Source: Azolla caroliniana (taxonomy: Eukaryota; Plantae; Polypodiophyta). Taken from it: 64,000 bases of DNA. Numbering within the stretch: the stretch's first letter is position 1; each line of letters opens with the position of its first letter. A program made the position numbers and the translations under genes. The notes below the pieces were generated by a model that did no database searches, had not been told where the DNA came from, and saw only the letters and a program-made list of their open reading frames with translations. Positions 51,010 through 64,000 of the stretch are shown here, one piece after another. The DNA lies in NCBI GenBank assembly GCA_043228905.1, contig JBHGNT010000013.1:10478001-10542000 (forward strand). Direction: 5' to 3'.

Positions 51010-52485
51010 CAGTGGCAGCAACTTGTTGCGTGTATGTCCCTCTAGTGGAAGGATGATCCGACTGTTCTGAAAGTCGACAGTCGAAGAGTCGGAAAACAGG
51101 AGCCGAGTTGATGAGGAACTCGGCCGAGGCCAAAACCAGAATCGTGTAAATAGCCAACTTGCGAGACTATAATTTGTAAATAGTCTAAGTGTGCGCCCCA
51201 TGAGGGCTATGTATGTAAATAACTAGAAAGTTGTGTAAGTATATATGCAACTAGGGCAAACTCTTAGTTGTGTGTGGGAAAAAAGAACAGAGTTAGAACT
51301 ATAGAACAGATGAGTGAGAGAGAGAGTGAGAGAGAGAGAAGTGTGAGCCGCGCCATATCTATGTGAGTAACAGCAAATGCGAAGAGCCCTATGCGGCTGA
51401 TACACTCGACAAAGTGTTGTATTCCTCTCGGTGTTGTATATCCACTTTCTATAGTGAAGAAATCTGTTCACCCGTGGTTTTCCCCGTTTTAGAGTTTCCA
51501 CTTAAATCTCTATGCACCATTGTTCATCTTGTCTTTTCTGGTATTTCTGTAATTCGTATTTCAGCATTGTCTGCTCATTGTGATTTATATATTCCGCAAC
51601 GATTTCTCAACAAAGTGGTATCAGAGCTTGAGCTGCAAGCATGGAAGGAGGTGTGAGCGGATTCCCAGGTATGATAGTTCTAAACTCTCAGAACTATGTA
51701 GACTGGAAGATAAAGATCGAAGACCTTCTCATAGTAAAAGACCTGTACGAGCCAATCAATAGAGCAGAAATACCTAGGGGGGTATTGGAGTCGGACTGGA
51801 AGCTTTTGAATACGAAGGCAGTGGCCACAATCCGACAACGTGTCAATGTAAGTGTCCTTTAGCATGTGGCAAACGACACGAATGCCCACGAGATGTGGCA
51901 GAAGCTGTCGGGTTTGTACGAGAGGAAGAACGTGCTAAACAGAACCTCGCTAATGAGAAAGATCGTACGACTGAAATACAAAGACGGTGAGAGCATCGTC
52001 GAACACATCATCACATTTATGGGGTATGTAAATCAACTTGTTGCGACCAAGTTTCCCTTGGATGACGCAATGCAGGCCATCCTGCTGATGTGCACACTAC
52101 CGGAAAGTTGGGAGAACCTGGTGGTTAATCTCAGCACCTCCTGTCAAGAAGAGAACTTGTCTTTACAAATGGTGAAGACAAGCATCCTAAACGAGGAGGC
52201 AAGGAGAAAGGACAAAGGAGTCCTGTCCCAAACGGAGTCGAATCTGATTGTTAACTCTTAGGGCCGGACAATGGCCTAACACAGGGTGTCTACTGAAGAC
52301 ACTTCACCAAAGGGGTGTTACGGCAAGAGGATTAGAATCAACGATTAATCCGACTTAATTAGGCTACTTAGTAAGATCGTCCTTAATAATCACACGCGTA
52401 AGATATAACAATGAATGCAGAACGGCAATTAACACAGAGAGATAAAAACACTAAGCTTTATTAATTAACCGCTGCTCATTACATT
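51010..52485 (+). repeat. About 1.5-kb duplicate of flank, Copia-C LTR, gag and partial G2 LTR
   Basis: Matches 25959-27313 joined to 41924-42070. It shares the premature TAG and the gag/LTR junction but lacks the Copia-D insertion. Confidence 0.92.
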
Positions 52486-55421
52486 GAATCTGATATCGAC
52501 TGGAAGGCTTGACGATGAAGACTACAATGGTAGCTTTCAGAATGGCACGTGGAAATTCTACAGAGGAAATCTCATAGTGGCCCGAGCACAGAAAGAAGGC
52601 ACATTGTACATGATGCATGCCCGACTGTGCAAATCGGAAGTAAATGTGGCAGCCGACTCGGCAAGGGAGATATGGCATAAAAGGCTAGGCCACATGAGTG
52701 AGAAGGGAATGCACCTGTTAGCAGACCAGAAATTTCTACCTGAAGTCCAGGGAGTGCACCTGGAGAACTGTGTCGACTTCTTAGCCGGAAAGCAGAACAG
52801 GGCGGCATTCCACACAAGACCATCGAGGAGAAGAGAAGTTGCACTAGAACTAGTGCACACGGATGTGTGCTATGTGGATGCTCCATCACATCGAGGAGGA
52901 CAGTACTTTGTAACGTTTATTGACGACTACAATCGGAAAACATGGGCCTTCGTACTAAAGTCGAAGGATCAAGTACTATGGGTTTTGAAGGAGTTCCAAG
53001 CAAGAACCGAAAGAGAGTCTGGTCGAAAACTGAAGGTTGTCCGAACCGACAACGGTGGCGAGTACAAAGGGCAGTTCAAAGAATACTGCAAGTGCCAAGG
53101 TATTCAGATCGAATACACAGTGCCAAAGACCCCAGAGTTGAACGGGCTTGCAGAGAGGATGAATCGAACGATCATGGAGAGGGTGAGGAGCATGCTTTCT
53201 CATGCAAAATTGTTGAAATCCTATTGGGCTAAGGCGATGTACACAACTGTTTATCTGATCAACAGGTCTCCCTCAGTACCTCTAAAGGGCGATGTCCCAC
53301 AGAGGGTGTGGACAGGGAAGGATGTCTCCTACCAACACCTGAGGGTGTTCGGATGTTTGGCATATATGCATGTACCAAAGGATCAGAGGTCAAAGCTCGA
53401 TAGCAAGTCGAAAGCATGCATATTCATGGGATACTTGGAAGAGGAGTTCGGTTACAGGTTGTGGGACTTAGTCGACAAGAAGGTAGTGAGAAGTTGGGAT
53501 TTAGTCTTTCTAGAAGACAAGAAAATTGAAGACTGGAAGCAACAGAAGTCGGAACCGACTCCCCAGTCAACCTCGACTACCATTTACTTAAGGCCAAGTG
53601 AGTCGTCACCGACAGCTATAAGGAGACAACTGGCCGATAGAGCCGAATCTGAGTCGGTCGACTCAGAAAGACCGACAGGCTATGAGTCAGAGTCGGTAGA
53701 TCTGCTAAAATCAATTTAGGAATATGAGTTGGAGCTGTCCAACCTAGAGATGTTGATTGATGAGCAGAATCCCGAGTAAAGAGAAGAGTTGGCAGAGACA
53801 TCCGGAAAAGAGCCAATAACGAGTGGACGAAGGTACCCACTCAGGGAAAGGAAGGCACCGATTACATATGCCAGTCAATACATCCTCTTGACTGATGACG
53901 GTGAACTGGAGTGCTATGAAGAAGCCATTGCCGACGAGAGCAGAGAAAAGTGGCTGAACACGATGCAAGAGGAGATGGAATCCTTACATGCGAATTACAC
54001 CTATGACCTAGTAGAGCTGCCGGAAGGTAAGAGAGCACTCAGGAATAAATGGGTCTACAAGGTGATGACTGGAGAAGTCGATAGTGAGCCCAAGTATAAA
54101 GCCCGCATAGTGGTAAAGGGTTTCCAACAAAGGAAGGGCGTCGACTTTGACGAAATATTCGCACCAGTCATGAAGATGACATCCATACGAACTGTTCTAT
54201 GCATTTCTACACGGAGAGCTGGAAGAAGAAATCTACATGCAGCAACCCGAAGGCTTTGAGGAGAAAGGGAAAGAGAACCTGGTGTGTCGATTGAGGAAAA
54301 GCTTGTATGGATTGAAACAACCTCCACGCCAATGGTACAAGAAATTTGAGTCCTTCATGATGGAACATCGGTTCGAGAAAACGCAGGCTGATCACTGTGT
54401 GTTCGTCAAAAGGTACGAGGAAGGAGATTTCTTGATTCTCTTGCGATCTGTTGATGATATGTTGATAGTCGGTCAAGATGCAAGGAAGATCGGAAGCTTG
54501 AAGAAAACTCTCGGCAAGTCATTTGCCATGAAAGACCTTGGACAGGCAAAGCAAATCCTAGGAATGCACATAACCCAAGACAGAGCTCGGAAGGTGCTAT
54601 GGTTGTCACAATAGAAGTATGCGATGAAGATCCTAGAGAGATTCAACATGTCAGATGCAAAGCCGGTCGGCTCCGTTTTGCTGACAAATTGCAGACTGAA
54701 TGCGAAATAGTGTCCGAAAGGGCAGAAGGAAAAGGCTAAGATGAAGAAGATACCATCCTCAACAGTCGGTAGTCATATGTACGCTATGGTCTGTACGATA
54801 CCGGACATAGCATTTGTTGTGGGAGCAATAAGCCGATATATGAGTAATCCAGGGAGAGAACACTGGGCAACAGTGAAGTGGATACTCAGGTACTTGAAAG
54901 GCACCTTGGAGGTGTGCCTAAGGTATGGTGTCGGAAAACTTGTACTGTAAGGTTTTACTTATTCGGACATGTCAGGAGATGTCGACTCAAGCCGATCCAC
55001 GTTAGGGTACATGATGACCTATTTAGGGGGAGCAGTGTCGTGGCAATCATGACTGCAAAAGTATGTAGCCTTGTCGACTACAAAGGCAGAGTATATGGCG
55101 GCGGTAGAGGCCGGAAAAGAGCTGATCTGGATGTGAAATTTTCTCACCGAACTAGGCATGAAGCAAAAGGAGTTCTTGCTTCACTATGACAGCCAAAGTG
55201 CCATACACCTACCCAAGAACGCGGCATACCACTCCCGGACTAAGCACATACAGACAAGGTATCACTGGTTGCGGGAAAGAGTTGAAGATGGAGAGTTCGC
55301 TCTAGTAAAGATCCATACTGACGACAATGGATCTAACATGCTGATGAAGAACCTACCCATGGACAGACTCAGATTCTGTCGACAAAATACAGGACTGACA
55401 AATTTCCTCCCACAGGAGTGA
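52484..55421 (+). pseudogene. Copia-C integrase, RT and RNase H, degraded
   Basis: WHKRLGHMS, LELVHTDVC, RTDNGGEY, NKWVYK, LYGLKQ, YHSRTKHI. Confidence 0.93.
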
Positions 55422-55739
55422 AGGGCGAGTTTATTGGGTGTATGTCCCTCCAGTTCATACATGCATACATTAAATGCACATACATACATAATATACATTC
55501 ATACTAAACATAATATTCAAATATTCATGTTTTTTTAATTTAGATTTTGCCTCCTCCTTTGCTCCCTTGTCTTCTCTCCTCATTGCTGTCGTTGCCTCTT
55601 CTCCCCTTGTTGCTTCTATCCTCGTTTTACCATGTTTGGTCTCGTTTTGCCGCCGTTGCTGCTGCCACTTGCCTTGTCGTGCCGCTTTTGCTCACCATTA
55701 TTCTCTGTCGGGGTTGCGGCAACTACTCTACAAATAGTT

Positions 55740-56386
55740 TACAAGTACACATAAGTACAAACATCATACATACATAATGCACATAGACATAAACCAACAC
55801 ATAAATTCTTAGAGAGAGACACACACACACGTACATACATACATACATACATACATAAACACACACACATAACATATACAATCATAAACATAGGCCATGC
55901 ATACAATACATACAATAAATGAAATTAATACTACACAATACAATATGTACATACATACACACATATCTATATACACATATAAACACTTACATACATACAC
56001 ATTTACACATATAACACATACATACAATACAATATGTACACATATACATACATACACATGGAATACAATATAATACATACACACACACACGTGTAGAATA
56101 TACATACACATGGACACATATATATGTTGTATGAAACATATACACACACACAAACAAACATCACACACATCACACATGCCATACATACAATAAATGCAAT
56201 TAAATAAAATACAATACAATATGTACATAATACACACATACCTATATACACATGCAATACAATCCATACAATACCTATATACACATGCAATACAATCCAT
56301 ACAATACCTATATACACATGCAATACAATCCATACAATACCTATATACATATATAACAAATACATACATACACATAACACGATATG

Positions 56387-56433
<47 letters not shown>

Positions 56434-56568
56434 CAATTAAATAAAATACAATACAATGCATGTACATACATACACATATACACACATAACACAATATGTA
56501 CATACACACACACAAACATAACACACAACTCACATCGATACCACATACAAACATATATGGTGTATGGA

Positions 56569-56611
<43 letters not shown>

Positions 56612-56880
56612 TAACACACAACGCACATGCATAGCACATGAAAACATATATGATGTATGGAACATAAATACACACACCCAAACATAACACACAATACACA
56701 TACATACCACATACAAACATATATGATGTATGGAACATACATACACACACACAAACATAACACACAACACACATGCATACTACATATAAACATATATGAT
56801 GTATGGAACATACATACACACACATCACACATGCAAACCATATTCACAATGCACACATACACATATATATATGATGTATG
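55740..56880. repeat. Compound (CA)n/(ATAC)n microsatellite with higher-order units
   Basis: (CA)n runs, about 3 copies of cctatatacacatgcaatacaatccatacaata (56241-56345), and repeated acatatatgatgtatggaacata units. Confidence 0.92.
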
Positions 56881-56923
56881 GTTATATGAAAAGTTATAGG
56901 TGGGCCATTCTACGTGTAGATAA

Positions 56924-59460
56924 TGGATGAAGAATCTATCATTGAAGTGTTTGAACATGAGAGTGATGATGAAGATAAACCTTTGGGCATATGCAAAGAT
57001 CCGAGTGGAAATAATTGAGGACGATATATTTTATGAACCATTTTCCTTTGTGTACACAAAACATAATATTTTGAATGGGAAACAAGAAGAAAACTGGTGT
57101 TTAAAAGAACATAAAGTCTATATCAAGCCATTATTGATAAACAACAAAAAGACTCTTCAAAAGAATCATGCACTAATGTTGAGGGTTCATTGTTGAGTCA
57201 AGCCAGGGAAAATTTTAAAGATACATCTCCAATTAAAACAATCTAGGATAAGATTCCCAAAGATGTTTTAGTTAAATGGATGATAGAATGTAATAGGATA
57301 CGTGTAAAATTAAGCAATGCTACAATTCCTCGAGATGATAAATTTGAGTTGAATGTTTAGAATTTTTGTGGAAAAACAGTCATGAGATTATGGTACAATG
57401 AGTGTGGAAAACCTTATGGTGTTGGTTCTACGGAAGCAAAAGTAGCAAATGTGTGTATTAATAATTTTTTTAGAAGTCATATTAAGAGCCTAAATCATGA
57501 AAAATGATATTATGCTCGAAGGGGGTTAAGCCAACAAGATGAATCAATAAACTTATCTAAAATAGATGACAAGGCCTATATCAAGTCTTTGTTGGAAGTT
57601 CTCACGACTTTTAATGACACTACAAGTGATAAGCATGTTTGTACTTTAAACCTTAATATTGTAGTTATGAAGAATATGCTAATATATGTGAAAACTGTAG
57701 AATTTGATTTAATAGAGGCAACACTTCATGGATATAAACATAAGGCAATGGTGAAGGTAAAATGCAAGGATTGATGGATCTTGGTTCCCATTATGCCCTC
57801 CACGAAGTGATTTGTCAACAATTTTGTCTCAACACATACAATCCAAGACCCATCTAAAGGCAATGGAGATGGTTCGACATGCTGGTACACCAATAATGAG
57901 TGGATTTCCAGGTCGTCCACGAAAGCAAAAAACTTTACCTTCAAATCAACAAACCTTGAGCAAATTTCTTGTTTAAACCTTTTGACCTTCATCTAGTCAA
58001 GAATGTGAGTTCTCCACTCCACATTATTTTGCTTTGTCACTATTGTGTTGGGGATATTGGCATAACAACATAGTGATAAATGATGAGGAAGTACATGTAA
58101 AAAATCATTTCTCATCGATCAAAATCATGGAGCCTTATGGTTCTCTGAGCCATACACCAAAGTTGTTGTGACGTATGAGATGCAAGAGTGTGTTATTGAT
58201 GGATGTTTTTGCCATTTTGATTGTAAAAGAGTATTGAAGATTGAAGAACCCTTTCATAATCTTACATCTGAAAAATGTAATGATTTCTGTATGAGGGTGT
58301 ATAGGGAGCGTAGGGGTAAAGTCAAAAGAGGTAATCAAGGAATTGTGGAAGATAGGTGATTAGATTATCTTACCCAAGAAGAGACAAGAAAGGAAATTTC
58401 AAGTTCTAAGCAAAGTATCTGTCGCACTCATAGACAAATATGGTGGCTAGCTTGCAAAGTTGCAATGCTTTCGGTAAAGGTAATGACTCTCAAGGAAGTA
58501 TCCCTTGAGAGTGTGGAACGGAAGTATGTTCGATGATATTGTAATAACATTATTGAGGCTCATCGAGCTGGAAAATTTGGTGGAAAGAATGCATTATGGG
58601 ATTTCTTGACAGATGTTGCACAAAACCTTACTCAAAAGCCACATGGACAACAATTTAAAGACACATCTAAGGCAATTTTTGTCATGATTAAAAAGTGGGG
58701 TGAACCAAGATTACACGACTTTGTTTCTAAAATTTTAGAGGGATCCATGAATATATATTTCAGGATGTGGCTAAGGTTTATGAAAATGAAAAAAGAGTGC
58801 ATGGCATTATAACAAAGGTTCCTTTCATTATTGCCGAGGATGAGACTGCGATTAAGCAGAATGTTAAGTGGGATAGGTCAAATGATTTACTTTTGGGTTT
58901 TTGTGGGCTGAAGTCATCCCCTCATCAATGTGTCTCATCATGTATGATAAAGGTGGGTGACTCTAATCTTGGTTATGAAACCATTGTTAGCTCCTTTAAC
59001 GTCTATGTCGTCGAACACTATGCTAGGGTGTTAATTGCGAATCCTCTTCACCCTAAACTTCCACGATTAAAATGCCAATGGAATGAAGTGGAAACTCTAT
59101 GGGAAAAACACCTCTCCACAAGTATTGGGCCAATTGTTGGACATGCATCGGATGGAGATAGTAGGAGAAAAAAGATTATGCTTCAAGATTACTTAAACCC
59201 AAGAATATGCCTTGGGATGGTTGGATCTTCAAAGGTCAAATGGTAAATTGTCTTCATGATCAAGATTTCATCCATAATGGAAAAAAACTTGTGAATACAC
59301 TAGATAATCCCTGAAGACAATTTGTAATCAGAGATGTATGGATCACATTGAATAATGTGTCATTGGTATATAATAACTTCTCTATCGATGCACATGGCTT
59401 AAGGGAATGTGATATTATGAGAGAAGATAGACAAAATTGGGCTGAGCCCAAAGAATTGCA
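56924..59460 (+). pseudogene. Degraded P-element-like DNA transposase
   Basis: IIAEDETAIKQNVKWDRSNDLLLGFCG, IVGHASDGDSRR and QDFIHNGKKLVNTL fit the P-type D..D..D(2)H motif pattern; many stops. Confidence 0.55.
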
Positions 59461-59470
59461 AGTAGGAATG

Positions 59471-60165
59471 TTTTTTTTTTTCCAAAAAAATTCTACTTCC
59501 ATTAGTTAAGAAAAAGTACATAGGATAATATATAACTCATATGTTACAAGCCACTTTGCAATGGCTACAAGAAAACATTATGTATAAATGAAGCAACAAA
59601 ACCTCGTCACAGAATTACTCGACAGACTCCCCTCAACATGAGCCTCACACAACCCACATTCAGCAAAGACACCCTCCAATCTCTTCACAATTCAGCACCT
59701 ACCTCTATGTTTGGTACTCTAGGAGGAAACAGCCACCGAGGTGGCTAATAAATCCACTTTGCATTGCCATCCACCATTTGTAACATCGGAGAACCTCTCC
59801 ATTTAAGAAGGAAGCGGTATCTAGTTTCTTCACTCGCATCAGAGGACCCCTAAAGGCTATCAAACTTTCCTTGTAGCGTAGAAATCAAATTAAACCAAAT
59901 CATCATTAAACTCTTAGTTGATGGGGTTCTCTTCGCGGTAAACACCTCCTTGCACCTAGATACCCACACTTGCCAAATAGTAAGGCCAACCACGAAAAAC
60001 CAAACATATACGTATCGTTCCTATATGTGGAATGAATCTCCTTGAGCCGCAGGTTGAACTGTTCCATTCAACACCTTTAAAGAAGGGCTATTTCCATTCC
60101 ACCCATGAAACCATGCAGCCAATTCAGTAGCTCATGCGAGTTCTACTACATGAAGATTTTTACGC
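59471..60165 (-). mobile_element. L1 LINE 3' remnant
   Basis: Poly-T at 59471-59481 (poly-A tail on the minus strand) and minus-strand WFFVVGLTIWQVWVSRCKEVF, typical of an ORF2 C-terminus. Confidence 0.6.
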
Positions 60166-60169
60166 TCTA

Positions 60170-61381
60170 CTACACCGTTTTGCTGAGGTGTGTGTCAACA
60201 CGAGAACTCTCGTCGGATTCCTTCTTTTCGGAGATACGTCGTAAATTCATCCGAGAAATATTCTTTGCCTGCATCTGATCGAAGACAGTGTACATGCCGA
60301 CCCGTAGTTTTTTCGACTTCGGCTTTGAATGTTTAGAAGTGCCTGAACACTTCACTCTTTTGCTTCATCGGATAGATCCAGGTGTTCCTGGAAAAGTCGT
60401 CGATGAACGTGACATAGTATCCGCATCCGTCGAATGTTGTTGTCTGGGTTGGTCCTCACACATCTGAATGTACGACATCTAGGATTCCTTTGCACACATT
60501 CTGCTCTTTAGTGAATGGGTGATGGCATTGCTTTCCAAACTGACATGCTTCGCATATGCGTGTAATCTCCTTCGTCGTAAAGTTCGGGAGTCCAATTACG
60601 ACTCCTTTCGATTGCATGTTCTGGAGCTTTTGGAGATTGATGTGGCCGATTCTCTTGTGCCACAGTTTCAAGTCGGTTTCGACTTTCTGGCCCTTTGCAA
60701 ACATGTCTGACTTTACCTCGCTCAATTTGAGGATGAACATACGGCCTTCACGACGGCCGTGAGCTATGACTTGATCGCCTTTTCCGATGAAGCACCCATC
60801 GTTATTGAAGCGTACTTGCATTCCTTCTTCAACAATCTTGCCAACCGAGACCGGGTTTTTCGTAATAGTGGGGAAATGCATCACGTTCTTGAGGTAGGTC
60901 TGTTTGCCGTCGTTTCCAAATAGGACGTTCCCGATATGTTGTATCGGGTGAGTTGTGTCATCTCTTGTTTCGACATATCCGAGACGTTCGGGCTTCCATA
61001 GTTCCCGAAACCAATCTTCATGGGATGTCATGTGATTGGATGCTCCCGAATCAACAAACCATACACAGTTCGGAGTGGAAGCGGTAGGTGATGCAAGTGA
61101 GAACATTGAGTGTGCTTCATGCTTCATTATGAACATTACGCCGCGGTCACCGTAGTCGGAGTTCATGGCGTAATTTGTTAGTTGTCGACCTTGCTCACGC
61201 TTCTTCTTCCGACACTCCTCTTTGTAGTGGTCGGGTTTTCCACAGTACCCGCACTCAACTGGGTTCCTATGATTGCTTGGTCCGGCATGATGACTCCCCC
61301 TTCTGTTGAACTCTCTGGGGTCATTTCTGTTGGGAGACAGGTCCCTCCGGATGGGAAGAGAAAAGAACAGTGCTGATGAAC
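60170..61381 (-). pseudogene. Copia gag-end/protease/integrase fragment
   Basis: CGYCGKPDHYKEEC, WFVDSGASNHMT, WHKRIGHIN..CEAC, LDVVHSDV. Confidence 0.9.
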
Positions 61382-61710
61382 TGTTGAGCGGCAAGCTCAA
61401 ACCGGAGCCGGATCGGCTGAATAAGCCGGAGCCGGTAAGCGAGACGGATCGGGCGAAACGGATCGGTATGACGGTGAGCAACCGAACCGGCAACCAGTGG
61501 AGGCCGGGTGCAATCAGTAACCGGCAGTCCAATCGGAAGCCTAGAATAGGATAGACTACTAGGTATCTATAGTCTCGTAGTAAGTGTCAGATGCTCGTGT
61601 GAGCATTGAAGTACATGGTACTTCTGTCAGTCCCAAGAGGATTTGTATAAATAGTGCTACTTAGCACAGTGTGTAAATAGAGTCTTAATATAATTTTGAA
61701 ATTACGTTCT

Positions 61711-61748
<38 letters not shown>

Positions 61749-64000
61749 TGTTGTTCTCTGTTTTACGCTTCCGCAAACACTCACGTTTTCATGGTATCAG
61801 AGCGCGAGGGTTGAGAACCTTTGCTGCAAACATTTACTCTTGAGAAGAAAACCCTAACAGGTTGAAAACAGACACAGTAGAAGACATGGATAGAGGCATG
61901 GCTACGTCACTCCCGGTGGAGAAGCTCGACAGGAGCAACTACGCATCCTGGTCTTACAAGATGCACCAGTACCTGCTTGGACACGGGTACTAGAGTTATG
62001 TCGAAGGAGCGAATGATGCGGCGCCAGAATCGGCACACAAGGACTTCCCGGTATGGGAACAGGCGGCAAGCAGGGTGATGTACTGCTTCGCGTCCAGTGT
62101 CGGTGATTAGCTGCTCAGCCACATCCGTGACGCCAAGACACCGAAGGATGCTTGGGGGAACCTGAAAAAGGTTTTCGCCGCAAGCACCACTACCCGGAAG
62201 CTGCAACTCAGACAGGAGTTGAGCAATGTTCGGTAGAAGAACATGTCCGTGGCAGACTACACGGGCCGGATAAAGGAGATCTGCGACTCGCTCGCCTCTA
62301 TCAATGTTACCGTAGAGGAAGACGAGATGGTGCAGGTATGTCTCGGAGGCCTGGCGTCCAAGTTCGGAGCGTTCCAGACTGCGGTGTGTACAAGGGAGAA
62401 TACCCCCTCATTCTTCGACTTACAGTCAATGCTCCTTGTAGGGGAGAACCATGCCGGTGCATCTAACAGTGCATCCCCGGACAACCGAATGTTGTACATG
62501 GGAACGGATCGGCTCCGTGGGCGTGGTGGAAGAGGTGGGTCGGCACGCAATGGAGGCGGCCGGCAAGAGCAGGAACAGAGGCACTATGAGCGTGCCGACA
62601 GTAGTTCCGGGACTTCCACAAGCAGGGGGAGTCAAGGCGGTGCCGGAGGCCGGCAAGACAAATCTGCTACGGAATGCTGGTACTGTGGCAAAAAGGGCCA
62701 CAAGGAAAGCGAGTGCTGGAGAAAGTGTGCCGATTCGGACAAATCCGGATCCGGCAAGACCGGTAAGGATGGCCGGCAAAACTCGCACTACGCAAACGGA
62801 TCAGGAGGATCCGGAACCGGAAAGGCCGGTAAGGGGCCAGCCTTGGTGATGAATCACAAGGCAAACTCAATGAAGAAGACCACTTCCAAAACGGAGGAAG
62901 TGTGGTATGTTGATTCCGACGCGTCGAACCACATGACGAGCCACAAAGAGTGGTTCTCCTTTCTGGAGAAACCGGATCAACCAGGAGTAGTCAAAACCGG
63001 AGACGACACTCCTCACCCAATCGTGCACGTCGGAGAAGTCCCTCTAAGCCACGTCGGACAGAAAGGGAAGCTGATGAACGTATTACACGTTCCAACAATC
63101 ACGAAGAACCTGGTGTCCGTCGGTCAGATTATCGACCAGGGGATGCATGTGCGGTTTACGCACCTCGGGTGCTTCATTGAGGATGAGGGCGAAGTCATTG
63201 CGCAAGGGCGCAGAGACAGGAGGATGTTTATCCTCAACACCAATGACTTAGGCACCGCTCTGTTCGCGGAACGATAGAAGGTCGAGTCGGACATCGACCT
63301 GTGGCACAAGCGGATAGGCCACATCAACTACCGGAGGCTTCAAGACCTGCAAACGAAACAAGTCGTTTTCGGTTTGCCGAAGTTCAGCGGCCGGAGAGCC
63401 GAAATTTGTGAAGCCTGCCAACTTGGGAAGCAACACCGGCTTCCATTCCCCACCGAACGGAACCGGAGCCGTAACAAGCTCGATCTCATCCATTCGGATG
63501 TGTGGGGACCGGCAAAAAGTGTAAGCCTTGGCGGGAGCCGATACTTCGTCTCCTTCATCGACGACTTTACTCGACATACTTGGATCTACCTCATTGAGCG
63601 GAAGAGCGAAGTCTTCGACTGTTTTCGGAGCCTCTAGAAGATGATGGAACGGGAATCGGAGAGGAAGATCAAATGCCTTCGGTCGGATGGCGGAAAGGAA
63701 TATTTTTCCGGCCAATTCACTAGTTATCTACAACAGAAGGGAATTCGGTGAGAGTTCAGCTGCAGATACACACCGGAGCAAAATGGTGTGGCCGAAAGGA
63801 AGAACCGGACACTCGTCGAAGCGGCAAGGGCAATGCTGGAGGAGAAGAGTATGCCCCGGTTCTACTGGGCGGAGGCGGTCCAGACGGCCGTCTACATACA
63901 AAACCGCATTGGTGACAAGGTGTCAGCTCATGAGCTGTATTTCGGGCGCAAGCCGAACTTAAGACACGTTCGGATATTCGGCAGCATAGCGTATGTGCAT
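61382..64000 (+). mobile_element. Ty1/Copia (Copia-F): 5' LTR, gag, PR and INT, running off the window
   Basis: LTR about 61382-61791 (start approximate), PBS TGGTATCAGAGC at 61792-61803, gag from 61886, CWYCGKKGHKESEC, WYVDSDASNHMT, LIHSDVWGP, RSDGGKEY; several in-frame stops. Confidence 0.92.

Larger units (their letters stand above)
25972..55453 (+). mobile_element. Ty1/Copia (Copia-C), outermost host of a four-level nest, rearranged
   Basis: 5' LTR 25972-26586, PBS TGGTATCAGAGC at 26590-26601, gag 26615-27220, pol 52484-55421, PPT gagtgaagggcgag, then only about 22 bp of 3' LTR (55432-55453). Confidence 0.8.

Noticed and set aside
55809-56958. Long Cys/Val/Tyr/Met-rich and His/Thr-rich ORFs
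   Set aside because: These are translations of CA/TA microsatellite.

Overview
Gene-free, transposon-dense eukaryotic DNA, most likely land-plant heterochromatin. The element repertoire suggests a non-seed plant such as a bryophyte, lycophyte or fern (inference). I found no host gene. The window is mostly nested LTR retrotransposons: at least five Ty1/Copia copies with tRNA-iMet PBSs, two copies of a non-chromoviral Ty3/Gypsy family with an extra 3' coiled-coil ORF, two chromovirus (Tcn1/Tf1-like) remnants, and a young non-autonomous gag-only LTR element with a related solo LTR. There are also remnants of a Sola-like and a P-like DNA transposase, a hAT-type MITE, an L1 LINE and CA/TA microsatellites. 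Main observations: (1) Both copies of the extra-ORF Gypsy lack a polypurine tract. In its place, 2 nt from the 3' LTR, is a sense copy of a tRNA-Arg 3' end (an inverted PBS), suggesting both DNA strands may be tRNA-primed. (2) One LTR family carries an antisense tRNA-type Pol III A/B-box cassette and several covarying hairpins inside the LTR, uses a tRNA-Trp PBS, and made the same 4-bp ACGG TSD twice. (3) One chromovirus appears self-primed. (4) Unrelated young elements are strongly CCGG-enriched. Coordinates and mismatch counts were read by eye, and tRNA and family assignments come from recalled consensus motifs, not database searches.
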